Positions 23,739 through 39,333 of a stretch of 64,000 nucleotides of DNA are shown here, piece after piece. Below the pieces are notes generated by a model. It did not search any database, was not told the origin of the DNA, and saw only the letters and a program-made list of their open reading frames with translations. The stretch's first letter is position 1; each line of letters starts with the position of its first letter. Source of the stretch: Eledone cirrhosa (lineage: Eukaryota); assembly GCA_964016885.1 (NCBI GenBank), contig OZ024757.1:10788001-10852000 (forward strand), in the 5' to 3' direction. Both the position numbers and the translations under genes were made by a program.

Positions 23739-25319
23739 GATTTCTATATATCTATACATTGACCAAAGGGATGGCTGAAACAGGTTGACAACAATGATGT
23801 CACAGCTCATCATTTAATGTCCAATCTGATGAGTTCCACTCTAGTTGCTAAGGACTGGGATGTTGAGATTTGTTACAAAAATATCACTAAAACCAAGATA
23901 CTGGGTTGCTCTAACTACCTGGTTTGTATGTGTTGTGGTGTGGTGCAGTATGTGGTGTGGTGTGGTATGATGTGTGTCTGTTGTGTGGGATGGGGTGTGT
24001 ATTGTGGTGTGTGTGTGTGCAGAGTGATGTGTTGTTGTGTGAGTGTAGTGTATAGAGGAAATTTTACAAACATAGTACCTAGAAGGGGTGTGTAAGGACT
24101 CTACCCCGCTACAACCCTCTCAGGAATAAATGGGTGAAGAAAGTTGTAAAGTATTTTCAAATGTGAATTTTTTTTTTTTTAAGTCATAATTTCAACTGTC
24201 ATGAAAGTAACATCCAGCAAATATTAAAGTTATAGAATTGGTTTTATTTACACATAAATGTGGATATTTTGTCATAAATATAAACCAGTTAAGGTTTACA
24301 AAATAATCACATAATTCTTTTGCTTTGTTTTTTAATGATGGAGTCATAAGAATGTCACTGTGGACATTTGAAGCTTGGTGGAGCCCTTCACTCTCCAGGT
24401 TTGAACAGTTGATTTCTTCTAGAGAATGTGAGGGAGGAAGAACAGACCCCAGTGGTAGACTGGTATTGTTTTTTATCAACCTTGAATGGATAAAAGGCAA
24501 AGTTGACCTCAGCAGGATTTAAACTCAGAGAGCAGAGAACCAGAACAAATATGGCAGAAAGCATTCTATCTATTGTTTAAAGACTTTAAGTAACTGTTTC
24601 TACTTTTAACTCAAGTCCAGTAATTGTAAGGGAAGGAAAAAGTTGATTAAATCAACCCCAGTGCATTACTGGTACTTTATTTTACTGAACCTCTGAGGAA
24701 GAAAAGTAAAGCTAACCTCAGGATTTTAACACAGAATGTAAAGGGATGTAACTATATGACACAAAACATATCGTCTGACACTCTACCGATTCTGCAAATC
24801 CACCACCCTCAACAATGAAATGAAGTGTCTCTAAAAGAAACCTTAATGACAAATAATATGAAGTGGAACTTCCTCCAGAGAGTATTTGTGGATTACAATA
24901 CAAAACCTCTGAGAATGATTTCTAACATATTTCACCATAATAAATGTTCAACAATATATATTATTATTATTATTATAATTATTATTTATTAGGTCAGGTG
25001 GATTGGCCAGAACAATTCTACTCTCCTTTTTTGGTTGTCACGATATTCTATGGCATTCCTGAGATCGTTAATCTCCAGCTGGACATCCAGAGACATCTGA
25101 TCTATGTAGGTAAATCTCGGTCATCCCACTAGGGTCTTACTATATTTAGGTATCCACCACAGGAGCCAGCTCATCAGGTCATCCTACCGTCAGTAGCAAT
25201 GTCCAGCATATATTGTCCTCTTCTCCCTAGTTATTGTGGTAATCTTCGATACATGGGAGTATATTTCTTCCACTTGAGTGAGGTATATATACATATATAT
25301 ATACACACATATATATGTT

Positions 25320-26115
<796 letters not shown>

Positions 26116-27749
26116 ATTTCTAGCTAGTGATCTTTACATAAAGGATTCTCACTACTTTTACTTATATATTAAGAAATGTAGATATCGTTAATATATGCTC
26201 TGTAGTCTTATATACAAAGGGTCCATAAAAGACTGCAGAACTTGGCTTTCTTCTTCTACAAAGTTGTAATGTAGCATTTAGTTGGTACAAGTAATAAGAC
26301 ATGTGACAGCCCAACTGATTTTCGACAAATTCAAGCGTATATTATATATATGTAGAATTCAATCAGAGAGAAAGTGTGAGAGAGGGGGGTGGGTGGAGAG
26401 ACGTGTGTGTAGAAATATGTGTGTAGGTGTTGTAATAAATCAAGATATTTCACTTCAGATAGAAAAGTTCACAATGTTTGTGTTGTTGTGGAAAACGAAA
26501 TAATACGTACTTTAGTTGTCAAGACCAAATATAAAGTCAAGAAAAGTTAGTAAAAACTAAATGTTCACTGATTTTTGATTAAAATAATATTTTCCTGTCC
26601 TGTAAAATGTTGAACAACCACTTCAATATTTAATAATACAGGTGATAAAACAACAACTATAAGGTAAATAAGTCACCTTATGTTATTTACAAACATTAAC
26701 GTCCACCTTAATATGAAATAATCACCATAAAAGATAAAATTAGATGAGGTTTAAGTTGTAACAATGGAGCTGATATAAATGGTAATATTTCACCGTCTAG
26801 TTGACACCGGTGTCATGACTTAAAAGTCCCCCACATAATTTAATACATTCAGAAACAACTTCCGTTATATGAACTAGCAGAAAACCACCCGAAGGTAGCA
26901 TGTGTAGTGTGTATATTGATATTATACGCAGGTATATAGGATACATGTATGTATATACCTGCGTATAATATCAATATACAGGTGATAAAACAACAACTAT
27001 AAGTCACCTTATGTTATTTACAAACATTAACGTTCACCTTAATATGAAATAATCACCATAAAAGAGGAAGCGAGGGCATCGGCTACCGGCACCCGGGTTG
27101 CTCTCGGGATTCTGAGTGGGATCTTCCGGTGCCGCCTGAGCCAAGCGAGGCTTGGGTGTCAGGCAAGCTCGTTGTCTCATCTGGTGGTGTGCTAGACGGC
27201 CGTGGCTGGGCAGACGAGGCGAAGAGACAGTTTCAGCTTCTCAACGTTGCGAGGGCACTGGAGGTTTGACGCGTCAAGCTAACACAGTTCCAGACCCTCT
27301 ATTTGTGGTGTTGCAGGTGTCGACTGGTGGGAATGGAGGATGGGGCGTGGGGCACCAAGCAGCGTCAGGGGTGAGTGGCTGGTTGTCACCAGCCTAGGTG
27401 GTAGGCACAACTGTGTGGGTGGAAGGGAAAATGCTGATAAGAGGGCCTCATAGCTCACCTACATCAGATATGGAGGTATCAGAAGACAAGAGAGAAAAGA
27501 AGGGGGTGCATGGATGGGGGGGGGGGACACAAGAAGGTAGAATGTTAGCAAATAAATAAATGAATGAAAGGATGAATATACAAAAAAGAAAACAAGGGCT
27601 TGTTCCCAGCAGGAAGACCCAGAGTTCAGCACGCACACATGCGAGCATGTTAGCAGTTTCTCATAGAACCTTGTGGCTAAAGGTGAGTCTTTCAATCCTG
27701 AAAACATATGTGTTGTTGTTATTGTCACTGATGCTGGAGTTGGTTTCCT

Positions 27750-28035
27750 CTTGTTAATGGTAGTGTTTGCTGGTAAGTTGTTGGTGTATACACATATGTT
27801 GTTGTTGTTATTGTCACCGCTGCTGTTGCTGCCTTCCTCTCGTTAATGGTAGTGTTTGCTGGTAAGTTGTTGGTGTATACACATATGTTGTTGTTGCTAT
27901 TGTCACCGCTGCTGTTGCTGCCTTCCTCTCGTTAATGGTAGTGTTTGTTGGTAAGATGTTGGTGTATACACATATATGTTGTTGTTGTTAATGTCACTGA
28001 TGCTGTTGCTGCCTTCCTCTTGTTAATGGTAGTGA
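27750..28035. repeat. ~89-bp tandem repeat, 3-4 copies
   Basis: gttaatggtagtgtttgctggtaag..gctgttgctgccttcctctc repeated. Confidence 0.85.
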
Positions 28036-30228
28036 TAATTGTTGGTGCTACCTATATCGGCTGCTCTATCAGCTTCTGTCAGTGATGCTCCAATGGCCTT
28101 CTTGACCAAAGATGCAGGTCAATGGCTTTTAAATAAATATATTCTCTATTTTTTTTCTTTCTTTTTAATCCAATTCAATATCATCAATTGGAAAGACCAA
28201 TGGAAACATTGTTTCCTTGGTCCAATCTGATGAGTTCCACTCCACTTGGTAAGTAAGAACGAAGATGTTGAGATTTGTTACCAAAAAATCACTAAAATCA
28301 AGATACTGGGTTGGTATAGCTACCTGGTTTGTATGTGTCTGTTGTGGTGTGGTATGGTATGTGGTATGTTGTGGTGTTTGATGTGGTTTGGTGTGGTATG
28401 TGGTGTGGCATAATGTGTATATTGTGGTGTTTTGATGCGGTGTGTGTGTGTGCAAGGTGATGTGTAGTGTAAAGAGCAAACTTTAGACACATTGGACCTA
28501 GAAGGGGTGTGTGAGGACTCTACCCCCTACAACCCTCTCATAAATAAATGGCTGAAGAAAAAGAAAGTTGTAAAGTATTTTTAAATGTGAATTATTTTTT
28601 TAAAAAGTCAAAATTTCAACTGTCATGAAAGTACCATCCAACAAATATTAAAGTCATGCAATTGTTTTTATTGTGGATATTTTATTGGGGATATTTTGTC
28701 ATAAATATAAATATAAACCAGTTAAGGTTTACTAAATAAACACATACAAACACATCAATGTTTTTTTTTTTAATTGATGTAGTCGTATGGGTGGAACTGT
28801 GGACATTTGAAGCTTGGTGGAGCCCTTCACTCTCCAGGTTTGAACAGTTGATTTCTTCCAGAGAAGGAGAGAGAATGAGAGAGAGGAAGTGAGATAGAAA
28901 TATAGAGAGGAAGAACAGACCCCAGTGATAGACTGGTATTGTATTTTTATTAACCTTGACTGGATGAAAGAAAGTTGACCTCAGCAGGATTTAAACTCAG
29001 AGAGCAGAGAACCAGGATAAATATGGCAGATAGCATTCTATCTATTGTTTTATAGACTTTAAATAAATGTTTCTACTTTTGATTCAAGGCCAGCAATTTG
29101 AAGAGAAAGGGGAATGCCAATTAAATCAGGCCCAGTGCATTACTGTTACTCTTTTTTATCAACCTTAAATGGATTAAAGTCAAAGTTGACCATGGCATGA
29201 TTTAAACATAGAACATAAAGGACTGTAACTTTATGACACAAAGCATATTGCCTGACACTCTACTGATTCTGCAAATCCACCACCCTCAACAATGAAATGA
29301 GATTGTGTCTTTGTAATAGCCCTTAATGACAAATAATATGAAGGGGTACTTTCTACAGGGTGTATTTGTTAATTACAATACAAAACCTCTGAGAATGATT
29401 TCCAACATATTTCACCATAATAAATGTTCATCAATATATATATTAATATTATTATTATTTTCTGCTAGCATGTGTAGTGTGTATATTGATATTATACACA
29501 GGTATATATACATGTAGATATGATACATCAAATAAAATCGTAATTGACAATATATAATACACAGAAATTGAACAAGGACTGTGTTACACTGTCTTATTTA
29601 ATCAGTAATGTAATCCACGATACATTAAAAAAGACGATATTATATATAAACTGCATTAGGAGAAAATTAGTGACGGAAATATATGAATGTTTATTTAAGC
29701 AATGGTTAACCGGAAGTGTTGACATTTCAGAAATTTTAAAGAAGTGAATCTTTAAATAAACAAAATATATTTAATCAACATCCACGAAATTTAGTAGATA
29801 AATTATGTAATATTCATTCATTATTTATTCAAAGTAATGCAACTTATTTTACTAATGGGATAAAAAATTATAAACCGTACACAGACCCATGCTCCTTACT
29901 TTTTTATAGTTTAGATTTGTTAGGTCAGGTGGATTGGCCAGAACAATTCTACTCTTCTTTTTTAGATGTCACGATCATCCATGGCATTCCTGAGATCATT
30001 AATCTCCAGCTGGACATCCTGAGACATCTCAGTCATCGCTCTAGTGTCTTACAATGTTTAGGTATCCACCACAATAGCCAGCTCATCCTACGCCCAACAG
30101 CAATGTCCAACATATCTTGTCCTCCGCTCCCTAGTTATTGTGGTAATCTTTGATATATGTCAGTATATTTCATCCCTGTGAGTAATGTATTCAAAACTAA
30201 AAATAATAATATATATATACACACACAA

Positions 30229-30889
30229 AAAAATAAGAAATAAGAGGGATCAGATGTTGTTTACTCGAGAGAAGGCTACGTTGGTATGGACACGTGATGC
30301 GCATGAAAGTCGATAGCTGTATAACAAAGTGCAGGGCAATAAAGATAGACGGTAGCCACGGAATAGGCAGACCTAGAAAAACCTGGGACGAGCTGATAAA
30401 CTCCGACCTCACACACTTATACCTCTCCAAGACAATGTCACTGGACCGAGACCTTTGGCGGTACTCAGTAATAGAGAAGACCCGCCTTACCTAAATACAT
30501 AGTAAAACCTACTACAGCCAGTAGGCATCTCTAACAAAATACACCCCCGTCTCACCACCCTCACCCCATCCACACCACCCCCTCCTATGTAAAGTTATGT
30601 TGGTGCCACACCATCCAGGCCGAAACAAATGAGATCGTGTAGGTGTCACGACAAAAAAACACACAGTCCACGCTGTAATGTGGCCATGTAGGCAACACGG
30701 TAAAAACCTCCCAGACCCACACTGTAAATGTGGTTGGTGTTAGGAAGGGCATCCAACTGTAGAAAACCTGCCAGACAGTCCTATGCAAGCAAGACAATCA
30801 CTCTTGCCTCAAGTGGGAATACCCCCGTCCAAACCCATGCAAGCGTGGAACACGGACGTTAAACGTTGATGATGATGATGATGATGATG
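30229..30889 (+). mobile_element. 5'-truncated young RTE copy, near-identical to the intact element, with 8-bp TSD
   Basis: Matches the reverse complement of 13635-14265; TSD acacacaa at 30221-30228 and 30890-30897; empty site at ~25295-25325. Confidence 0.9.
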
Positions 30890-30974
30890 ACACACAACAT
30901 ATATGTTGAGATGTATAAGATTTCTCAAGCTTCACATTTTATATTCTGACTTCCAAAGTGTGTCTATATATTTG

Positions 30975-31842
30975 TGTTTTTCATATTTCACAGCGATGGG
31001 GTTTACCGCAAGTGTTGACTACGTAGGTGAACAACCAGTGACGAATTCTCAGTGAAATATTTACCTCATATTTTACATGAATGAGGTCTTTCACCAGTAT
31101 GTATTCTTTTGAGAGGTTCAAGTTGAGAACTGCGAGAAAAAGATTTACCACATATTTCACAATGGAAGGGTTTTTCTCCATTGTGTTCTTTTGTGACGTA
31201 CAGGATCAGAATTACTAGAAAAAGATTTACCACATATTTCACAATGGAAGGGTTTTTCACCAGTGTGTATTCTTTTTTGATGTTCAAGAGGAGAACACTG
31301 AGAAAAAGATTTCCCACATATTTCACAATGGAAGGGTTTTTCACCTGTGTGTGTTCTTTTGTGATGTTCAAGATGAGAACTCTGAGAAAAAGATTTCCCA
31401 CATATTTCACAATGGAAGGGTTTTTCACCAGTGTGTGTTCTTTTGTGTTGTAAAAGATGGGAACTACGATAAAAGGATTCCCACATATTTGACAATGGAA
31501 GGGTTTTTCACCAGTGTGTGTACTTTTGTGGACGACAAGAACAGAATTATTAGTAAAAGATTTCCCACATATTTCACAGTGGAAGGGTTTTTCACCAGTG
31601 TGACACCGTATGTGGATGACAAGAACAGAATTATTAGTAAAAGATTTCCCACATATTTCACAGTGGAAGGGTTTTTCACCAGTGTGACTCCGTATGTGGA
31701 TGACAAGAGCAGAATTATTAGTAAAAGATTTCCCACATATTTCACAGTGGAAGGGTTTTTCTCTGTGTATTTTCTCATGTGAGGATAGTTTCAGTTTTGA
31801 AGAGAAAGTTTTCCCGCAAATCTCACAGCTATATTCAGACAT
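30975..31842 (-). pseudogene. Tandem C2H2 zinc-finger gene copy 2 (~10 fingers), frameshifts near 31475 and 31180
   Basis: ORFs 31066-31842 and 31157-31495 carry CEICGKSF..H...HTGEKPFH repeats in alternating frames. Long-read indel errors cannot be excluded. Confidence 0.85.
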
Positions 31843-32702
31843 ATTTCATAAAGGAATCTCACCACTTCCACTCATATATTAAGAAATGTAGCATTCAGTT
31901 GGTAAAGTAATAAGACATATGACAGCATAAGACTGATCTTGGAAGAAGTAGAAGCAAGTGCTAATATATATATATATATATATATATATAACGTGTGTGT
32001 GTGTGTGTATTTTTTATTTTTGTTAAGGTGAGAGAAGCTCTATTCACAATAACATCCTCAGCTCATAAAACAGACGACTCAGTCTTCTATAGTTAAGGTT
32101 CTTGTTATTGAGGACAGTTCAGGTGACAAGAGAATTAATATCCATGATTTCAAAAGATGAAGGTTAATATATATACATATATATATACAGACATACAGTG
32201 TGTAGGTATGAGAGAGAGAAATAGACGTGTGTGTGTGTAGAAATATGTGTGTAGGTGTTGTAATAAATCAAGATATTTCACTTCAGATAGAAAAGTTTAC
32301 AATGTTTGTTGTGGTGGAAAACGAAATAATACGTACTTTAGTTCTCAAGATCAAATATAAAGTTAAGAAAAGTTAGTAAAAACTAAATGTTCACTGATTT
32401 CTGATTAAAATAATATTTTCCTGTCCTGTAAAATGTTGAACAACCACTTCAATATTTAATAATACAGGTGATAAAACAACAACTATAAGGTAAATAAGAC
32501 ACCTTATGTTATTTACAAACATTAACGTCCACCTTAATATGAAATAATCACCATAAAAGATAAAATTAGATGAGGTTTAAGTTGTAACAATGGAGCTGAT
32601 ATAAATGGTAATTTTTCACCGTCTAGTTGACACCGGTGTCATGACTTAAAAGTCCCCTACATAATTTAATACATTCAGAAACAACTTCCGTTATATGAAC
32701 TT

Positions 32703-32839
32703 GCAGAAAACCACCCGAAGGTAGCATGTGTAGTATGTATATTCATATTATACGCAGGTATATATGATACATGTATATATATACCTGCGTGTAATATCAA
32801 TATACACACTACACATGTTACCTTCGGGTGGTTTTCTGC
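32703..32839. repeat. Short fold-back (gcagaaaaccacccgaaggt...accttcgggtggttttctgc)
   Basis: Inverted arms of ~60 bp; partial copies at 26872-26980, 29455-29520 and 39085-39145. Confidence 0.8.
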
Positions 32840-34611
32840 TAGCATGTGTAGTGTGTATATTGATATTATACGCAAGTATATATATATACATGTAGATATG
32901 ATACATCAAATAAAATCATAATTTACAATATATAATTGTTTCTACGTTAGGCACAAGACCAGCAATTACTCAGTGTATTACTGGTACTTTATTTTATCGA
33001 CCCCGTAAGGATGAAAGGCAAAGTTAACCTCGGCGAGATTTGAACTCAGAATGGCAAGGGCCGTAACTCTATGCGTCAAAGCATAGCGTCCGACCCTCTA
33101 CCAATACTGTCAATCCACCGCCTTGACAATATATAATACACATAAATTGAACGAAGACTGTGTTACACTGTCTTATGTAATCAGTAACGTAATCCATGAT
33201 ACATTAAAAAAGACGATATTATATATAAACTGCATTAGTGACAGAAAATTAGTGACAGAAAATTAATAGTTTATTGAAGCGATGGCCAACCTGAAGTGTT
33301 GACATTTCAGAAACTTTAAAGAAATGAATCTTTAAACAAACAAAATATATTTAATCAACAGCCACGAAATTTAGTAGATAAATTATGTAATATTCATTCA
33401 TTATTTATGCAAAGTAATCCAACTTATTTTACTAATGGGATAAAAAATTATAATCCGTATGCAGTCCCGCGCACCTTCTTTTATTATTGATTTAATTCAT
33501 ACTTTCAATAGATATGCTAGTACTTTATTCAGATTTGAATAAATAACATTATTAATTTTATATAACTGTTCATATTAAACCAAAACACATTATTAAAGGT
33601 AATAAAATATTTAAGTAATGGAAAAAAAAAACGAATCAAACAACGAAAATACTTGTTTTTACTTTTGGCACAAGGCCAGCAATTATTCCAGTGTATTACT
33701 GGTACTTTATGTTATCGACCTCGTCAGGCTGAAAGGCAAAGTTAACTCTGGCGGGATTTGAACGCAGATCATAAAGGGAGGTAACTCTATGCTACAAAGC
33801 ATGGCGTCCAACGCTCTACCGACACTGCCAATCCAACCAAAATAATGGGAGAGGGACAGACTTTATATTTCAGTCTGAGCTGTGATTCAGCCGCACCCTA
33901 CAGACAAAATGGCAAAGGTGTTACCACAGAGAATAGCCAGAGACACCCACTACAACATCCACCCCACCTCATGGGACTACTTCCTCAAATGGGCTGCTGT
34001 GTTTCTAATTTTGAGAAGGAAATCAGCAGTGTGGGGACAAAGAGGGAGTGGTTTGTCAGGCCCCGGTATTTAACTATCTCCCTCTTCTCTCTATTGCAGG
34101 TAGTAAACCTGGGTTTGTGGCTGAAGGGAAAATGTTGGAGGCAGGGAATGATCTAACCCATGCTAAACCTCCAACTAAAGCTGATACTTGTCTTTTTCAG
34201 CTGTGGAGATTAGAGACATGTGGAATGATGTGTCTTGCTTAAGGACACAATGTACTTCCCTAACTGAGAATTGAAAACATGATATTACCATATGTTGTAT
34301 GACTTCACTATACAATATATATGTGTTTGTATACATATATATAGTATATATTTGTGTGTATACATTGTCTCATTCCATGAGAGTAACTTGGTCAGCCTAT
34401 GAACCCCTCATCAGACACTTCTATATGTATATACATGTTTGTCAGTATGTGTGTAAATATGTATATAGAATATTGTCACAACTACTATATACACCACATA
34501 TACACTATATATAATATTGTCCAATATATATAGACTATATCTCATGTTGTCCAAGGGAAAGGCTGATATAGATCGGCACCTCTGACATTACAACTATTAT
34601 ATACACTATAT

Positions 34612-37600
34612 ATCATCATCATCATTATCATTTAACGTCTGTCTTCAACGCTAGCACGGGTTAGACGGGAATTGTCCCACTTGAGTCAAGATTGATCGGG
34701 TGACTGTGTCTCGCTCGTATAGGACTGTATCTGGCAGGTTTTCTACAGCTGGATGCCCTTCCTAACACCAACCACATTTCCAGTGTGGACTGGGAGTCTT
34801 TTCGTGATGACACCTACACTACCTCTTTAGTTTGGACTGGATGTTGCGGTACCAACATAACTTTACAGAGACAGTGTGGTGTTGGTGGGAGTGGGAGGAT
34901 GGAGTAAGGGTTGTGGGTTGGGGTGTATATTTGGTTAGGAGGGGCCTACTAACTGTAGGTTAACTTTGCTCGTAGGGAAGGCAGGTCTTCTCTGTTACTG
35001 TGTGGTGCCATAGATCTCGATCCAGTGACATTGTCTAAGAGAGGTGTAAGTGTGTAAGTTTGGATTTTATGTCGTCCCAGGTTTTTCTGGGTCTACCTAC
35101 TTCGTAACTTCCATCAATGTTGATCACCCTGCACATATTTATAAAGATGTCATCTTTCATGCGCATCACATGACCATACCAACGTAATCTTCTCTCAAGT
35201 AAACAGCATCTGATCCCTCTTATTCCTAATTCTCACTTAGTTCCTTAATTTTTTGCCATTCATGGCTCACACATCAACAGATCATGCATGCTTCATTCCT
35301 TTCCAATCTGTGCAGGTCCTCTGCACACAATGCCCATGTCTCACTGCCATGTAGCATTGTTGTTTGTATGCACGCATCATACAATCTGCCTTTCATTTTT
35401 AGAGAGAAACTTTTTGTGTCTAGCAGCAGTATAAGATCTCTGAGCTTTTTCCATCCCATTCTAACTCTGGCTACTACACTTTCAGAGCACCCTCCACCAC
35501 TGCTGATTTAGTCATCCAGGCAATGGAAAGTGTCCACTATTTCTATAGAACCATCTGGGCAGTAGAAGGTGCTAGTATCCTGTGGTTACTTGCTGCTTAT
35601 TTCAAATGAGCATCGGACACATACAAAATCTACATTCTTAGATAGCTTACTTGTGATCTCACTACATCTTTTATATACCCATAGTTTGTATTTGGGACAT
35701 AGAATGGAATTTATACCTACTCCTTTCCTACACACTGAGCATGGCACCCATTTTTGGAATTTCTTCTCTAGTTCAGCCATAGATTCGGCTAGGAGAGTTA
35801 GATCTTCTACATATAGAAGTTCTCATAGGCAGCTGGTCTTAAACCCCTCTGTTATAGCCTGAAGGGCAATAATAAACAGGAGGAAGCTAAGGTTGGGGCC
35901 TTGCTGAACACCTACTTTTACGCTTAATTCTTCACTATATTCATTGTTAATTCTAACCTTACTGACTGTTACTTTATACATGGCTTGTATATCTCTCCCA
36001 AGCCATTCATCTACTCCTACATATCTAAGGGCCCACCAGATAATGGAGCAGGGGACTCTGTCAAAGGCTTTCTCCAAGTCAACAAAAGCTAATTATAAGG
36101 GGTTTACTTTTAGCTAGGTACTTCTCCTGTAGTTGTCGTACAAGGAAAAGAGTGTCTGTGGTACTTTTACCTGACATGAACCCAAACTACATTTCATCTA
36201 GATCAATTCGGTCTCTGATTAGTTGTGCTATAACTCTTTCTGTGACCTTCATGACCTGGTCAACTACCTTAATGCCTCTATAGTTTCCCCTATCTAGGGC
36301 ATCTCCTTTACCCATGTAGCAGTTAACGATGATGCTGCTACGCCAGTCATCTGGTATGACCCCATTCTGTATTACTTGGTTTACTATCTCAGTGTCCATA
36401 GTATGTTCCACCATTCCAGATGCTTTCAACATCTCAACAACTATCTCCGAAGGCCCAGCTGCCTTACCCGTCTTCATATCTTTGATTGTCTTACTTACTA
36501 TACTGCCATTAACTTGCACCACTGGTCCCTCTATCGGATCGATTTGGGCAGACTATCTTTTTCCCATTTATTCTCCTCATATAGTAGTTTCTCGTAGTGA
36601 CACTTCCAAGCTATCTTCTTATCAGCATTAGTGAGGGCAAGTACACCATCATCATTACGGACACACTTCCCCCTAACAATATCACGGTTTTCCTTGACAC
36701 TTTGTTTTGCGATCCTGAACACCTCACGCTGTAGAACATGCTTGAACTTTCTATTCTCTGCTTCCCTTCTTGCAAAGTACAATTGTCTCCTGGCCACCTA
36801 ATACTTTCCCCATCCCACAATACTTTCCAAGCCTGATTGTCTCCTCCACCTCCAAGTTACTCTCCTCCTGCCTATAGGTCTGCTCCAGCAACAGATTTCA
36901 TCTGTCACCTTCAGCAGGTTAACTTTCAAGAATTCCCACTGTTCCTCTATATTGTATGTCGCTAATTGCACCTCTTTACTGTCAAACGCATTAACTAATA
37001 TGCTTTTGTCACTGGCTGTGAGGTCCTTCAAATTCCATCTTCTCCTCAAGGTAGGCCTCCTCTGTTGTCGAGTATGTCTAGTCCTGACTGTGAGGTCACT
37101 AACTACTAGGTTATGTTGGGAGGTGAATTCTTCACGGGGGAGGGAATTAGTGTTTACAACAGACACTGTCACACCTAGTAAGGAAATAATCTATCTGGCT
37201 GGCCTGTTCCTCTGTTCTACAGGTGACCAAGTCATTGTCTCGTTTTTTGAAGTTTGTGTTACAGATAGTTAGGTTATTAGCGTCACAAAATTCCAGGATC
37301 CTGAAGCCTTCCTCATTTTTAGTACCAAACCCATAGCCTCCATGGATTACATCATAGCCATCACTATGTTGTCCAATGTGACTATTTAGGTCACCAGCAA
37401 TAATTATGTAGTCACTGTCTGTTATCTGGGAGGAAGTGAGCATTAGCAAATCATAGAACCTGTCTTTTATAACATCAAGTAGACCAGTTTGGGGTGCATA
37501 AGTGGATATTATTGTCATAGTTGTTCTATTTAGAACAAGTCTTATTTTAATTATTCTGTCATTCACTCTATTTAGGGCAATTACCTTATCTACCCATTTC

Positions 37601-37720
37601 TCTGCTAACATAATTCCTACTCCACCCAGCCCTTTGTCATTTCCCATCCAGAAAAGTTTATAGCATCGTTTTTTACCAACAATGAATCTAGCAGACCCAC
37701 CCCTGCACCTAGTCTCTAGA
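34612..37720 (-). mobile_element. Degenerate near-full RTE LINE (duplicate of 19592-22290)
   Basis: APE fragment 37147-37720 and RT fragments 35823-36797. Confidence 0.9.
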
Positions 37721-39333
37721 ACACACACATATATATATATGATTTCTATATATCTATACATTGTTGTCCAAAGGTATGGCTGAAACAGGTTGACACCAAT
37801 GATGTCACAGCTCATCATTTAATGTCCAATCGGATGAGTTCCACTCCACTTGCTAAGGTCTGGGATGTTGAGATTTGTTACAAAAGTATCACTAAAACCA
37901 AGATACTGGGTTGGTATAACTACCTGGTTTGTATGTGGTGTGGTGTGGTTTGGTGTGTGGTGTGGTATGTTGTGGTTTGGTATGTGTTGGATGTGGTGTG
38001 GTGTGGTATGTGGTGTGGTGTTGTATGATGTGTGTCTGTTGTGTGGGATGGGGTGTGCATTGTGGTGTTTTGATGTGGTATGTGTATGTGTGTGTGTGCA
38101 GAGTGATGTGTTGTTGTAAAGAGGAAATGTTACACACATAGGACCTAGAAGATGTGTGTGAGGACTCTACCCCCTACAACCCCCTCAGAAATAAATGGCT
38201 GAAGAAAAAGAGAAGAAAGTCGGAAAGTATTTTCAAATGTGAATTATTTAAAAAAAAGTCATAATTTCAACTGTCATGAAAGTACCATCCAACAAATATT
38301 AAAGTTATAGAATTGTTTTTATTTACACATAAATGTGGATATTTTGTCATAAATATAAACCAGTTAAGGTTTACAAAATAAACACATAATTCTGTTGTTA
38401 ATTTTTTTAATGATGTAGTCATAAGGGTGTCACTCTGGACATTTGAAGCTTGGTGGAGCCCTTCACTGACCAGGTTTGAACAGTTGATTACTTCCAGAGA
38501 AGGAGAGAGAAGGAGAGAGAGGAAGTGAGAAAGAAATATAGAGAGGAAGAACAGTCCCCTGTGGTAGACTGGTTCTTTTTTTTATCAACCTTGAATGGAT
38601 GAAAGGCAAAGTTGACCTCAGCAGGATTTAAACTCAAAGATCAGAGAACCAGAACAAATATGGCAGAAAACATTCTATCTATTGTTTTATAGACTTTAAA
38701 TAACTGTTTCTACTTTTAACTCAAGGCCAGTAATTGTAGGGGAAGGAGAAAGTTGATTAAATCAACCCCAGTGGATTACTGGTACTTTATTTTACTGAAC
38801 CTGTGAGGAAGAAAAGTAAAGCTAACCTCAATAGGATTTTAACACAGAATGTAAAGGGATGTAACTATATGACGCATCGGCTGACACTCTACTGATTCGG
38901 CCAATCCACCAGCCTCAACAATGAAATGAGATTGTGTCTCTGTAAGAGCCCTTAATGACAAATAATATGAAGGGATACTTTCTACAGGGTGTATTTGTTA
39001 ATTACAATACAAAACCTCTGAGAATGATTTCCAACATATTTCACCATAATAAATGTTCATCAATATATATTAATATTATTATTATTTTCTGCTAGCATGT
39101 GTAGTGTGTATATTGATATTATACACAGGTATATATACATGTAGATATGATACATCAAATACAATCGTAATTGACAATATATAATACACAGAAATTGAAC
39201 GAAGACTGTGTTACAATCTCTTATTTAATCAGTAACGTAATCCATGATACATTAAAAAAAGACGATTATATATAAACTGCATTAGGAGAAAATTAGTGAC
39301 AGAAAATTAATATGTTTATTTAAGTGATTGCCA

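Noticed and set aside
27066-27100. VADAL-like peptide on the minus strand (LTR-retrotransposon RNase H motif)
   Set aside because: Isolated 5-residue match with no upstream RNase H context.
28221-28280. Possible hammerhead ctgatga gttc..gaac gaag (paralogues at 23826 and 37831)
   Set aside because: GAAA box and cleavage site absent, and not conserved in the paralogues.
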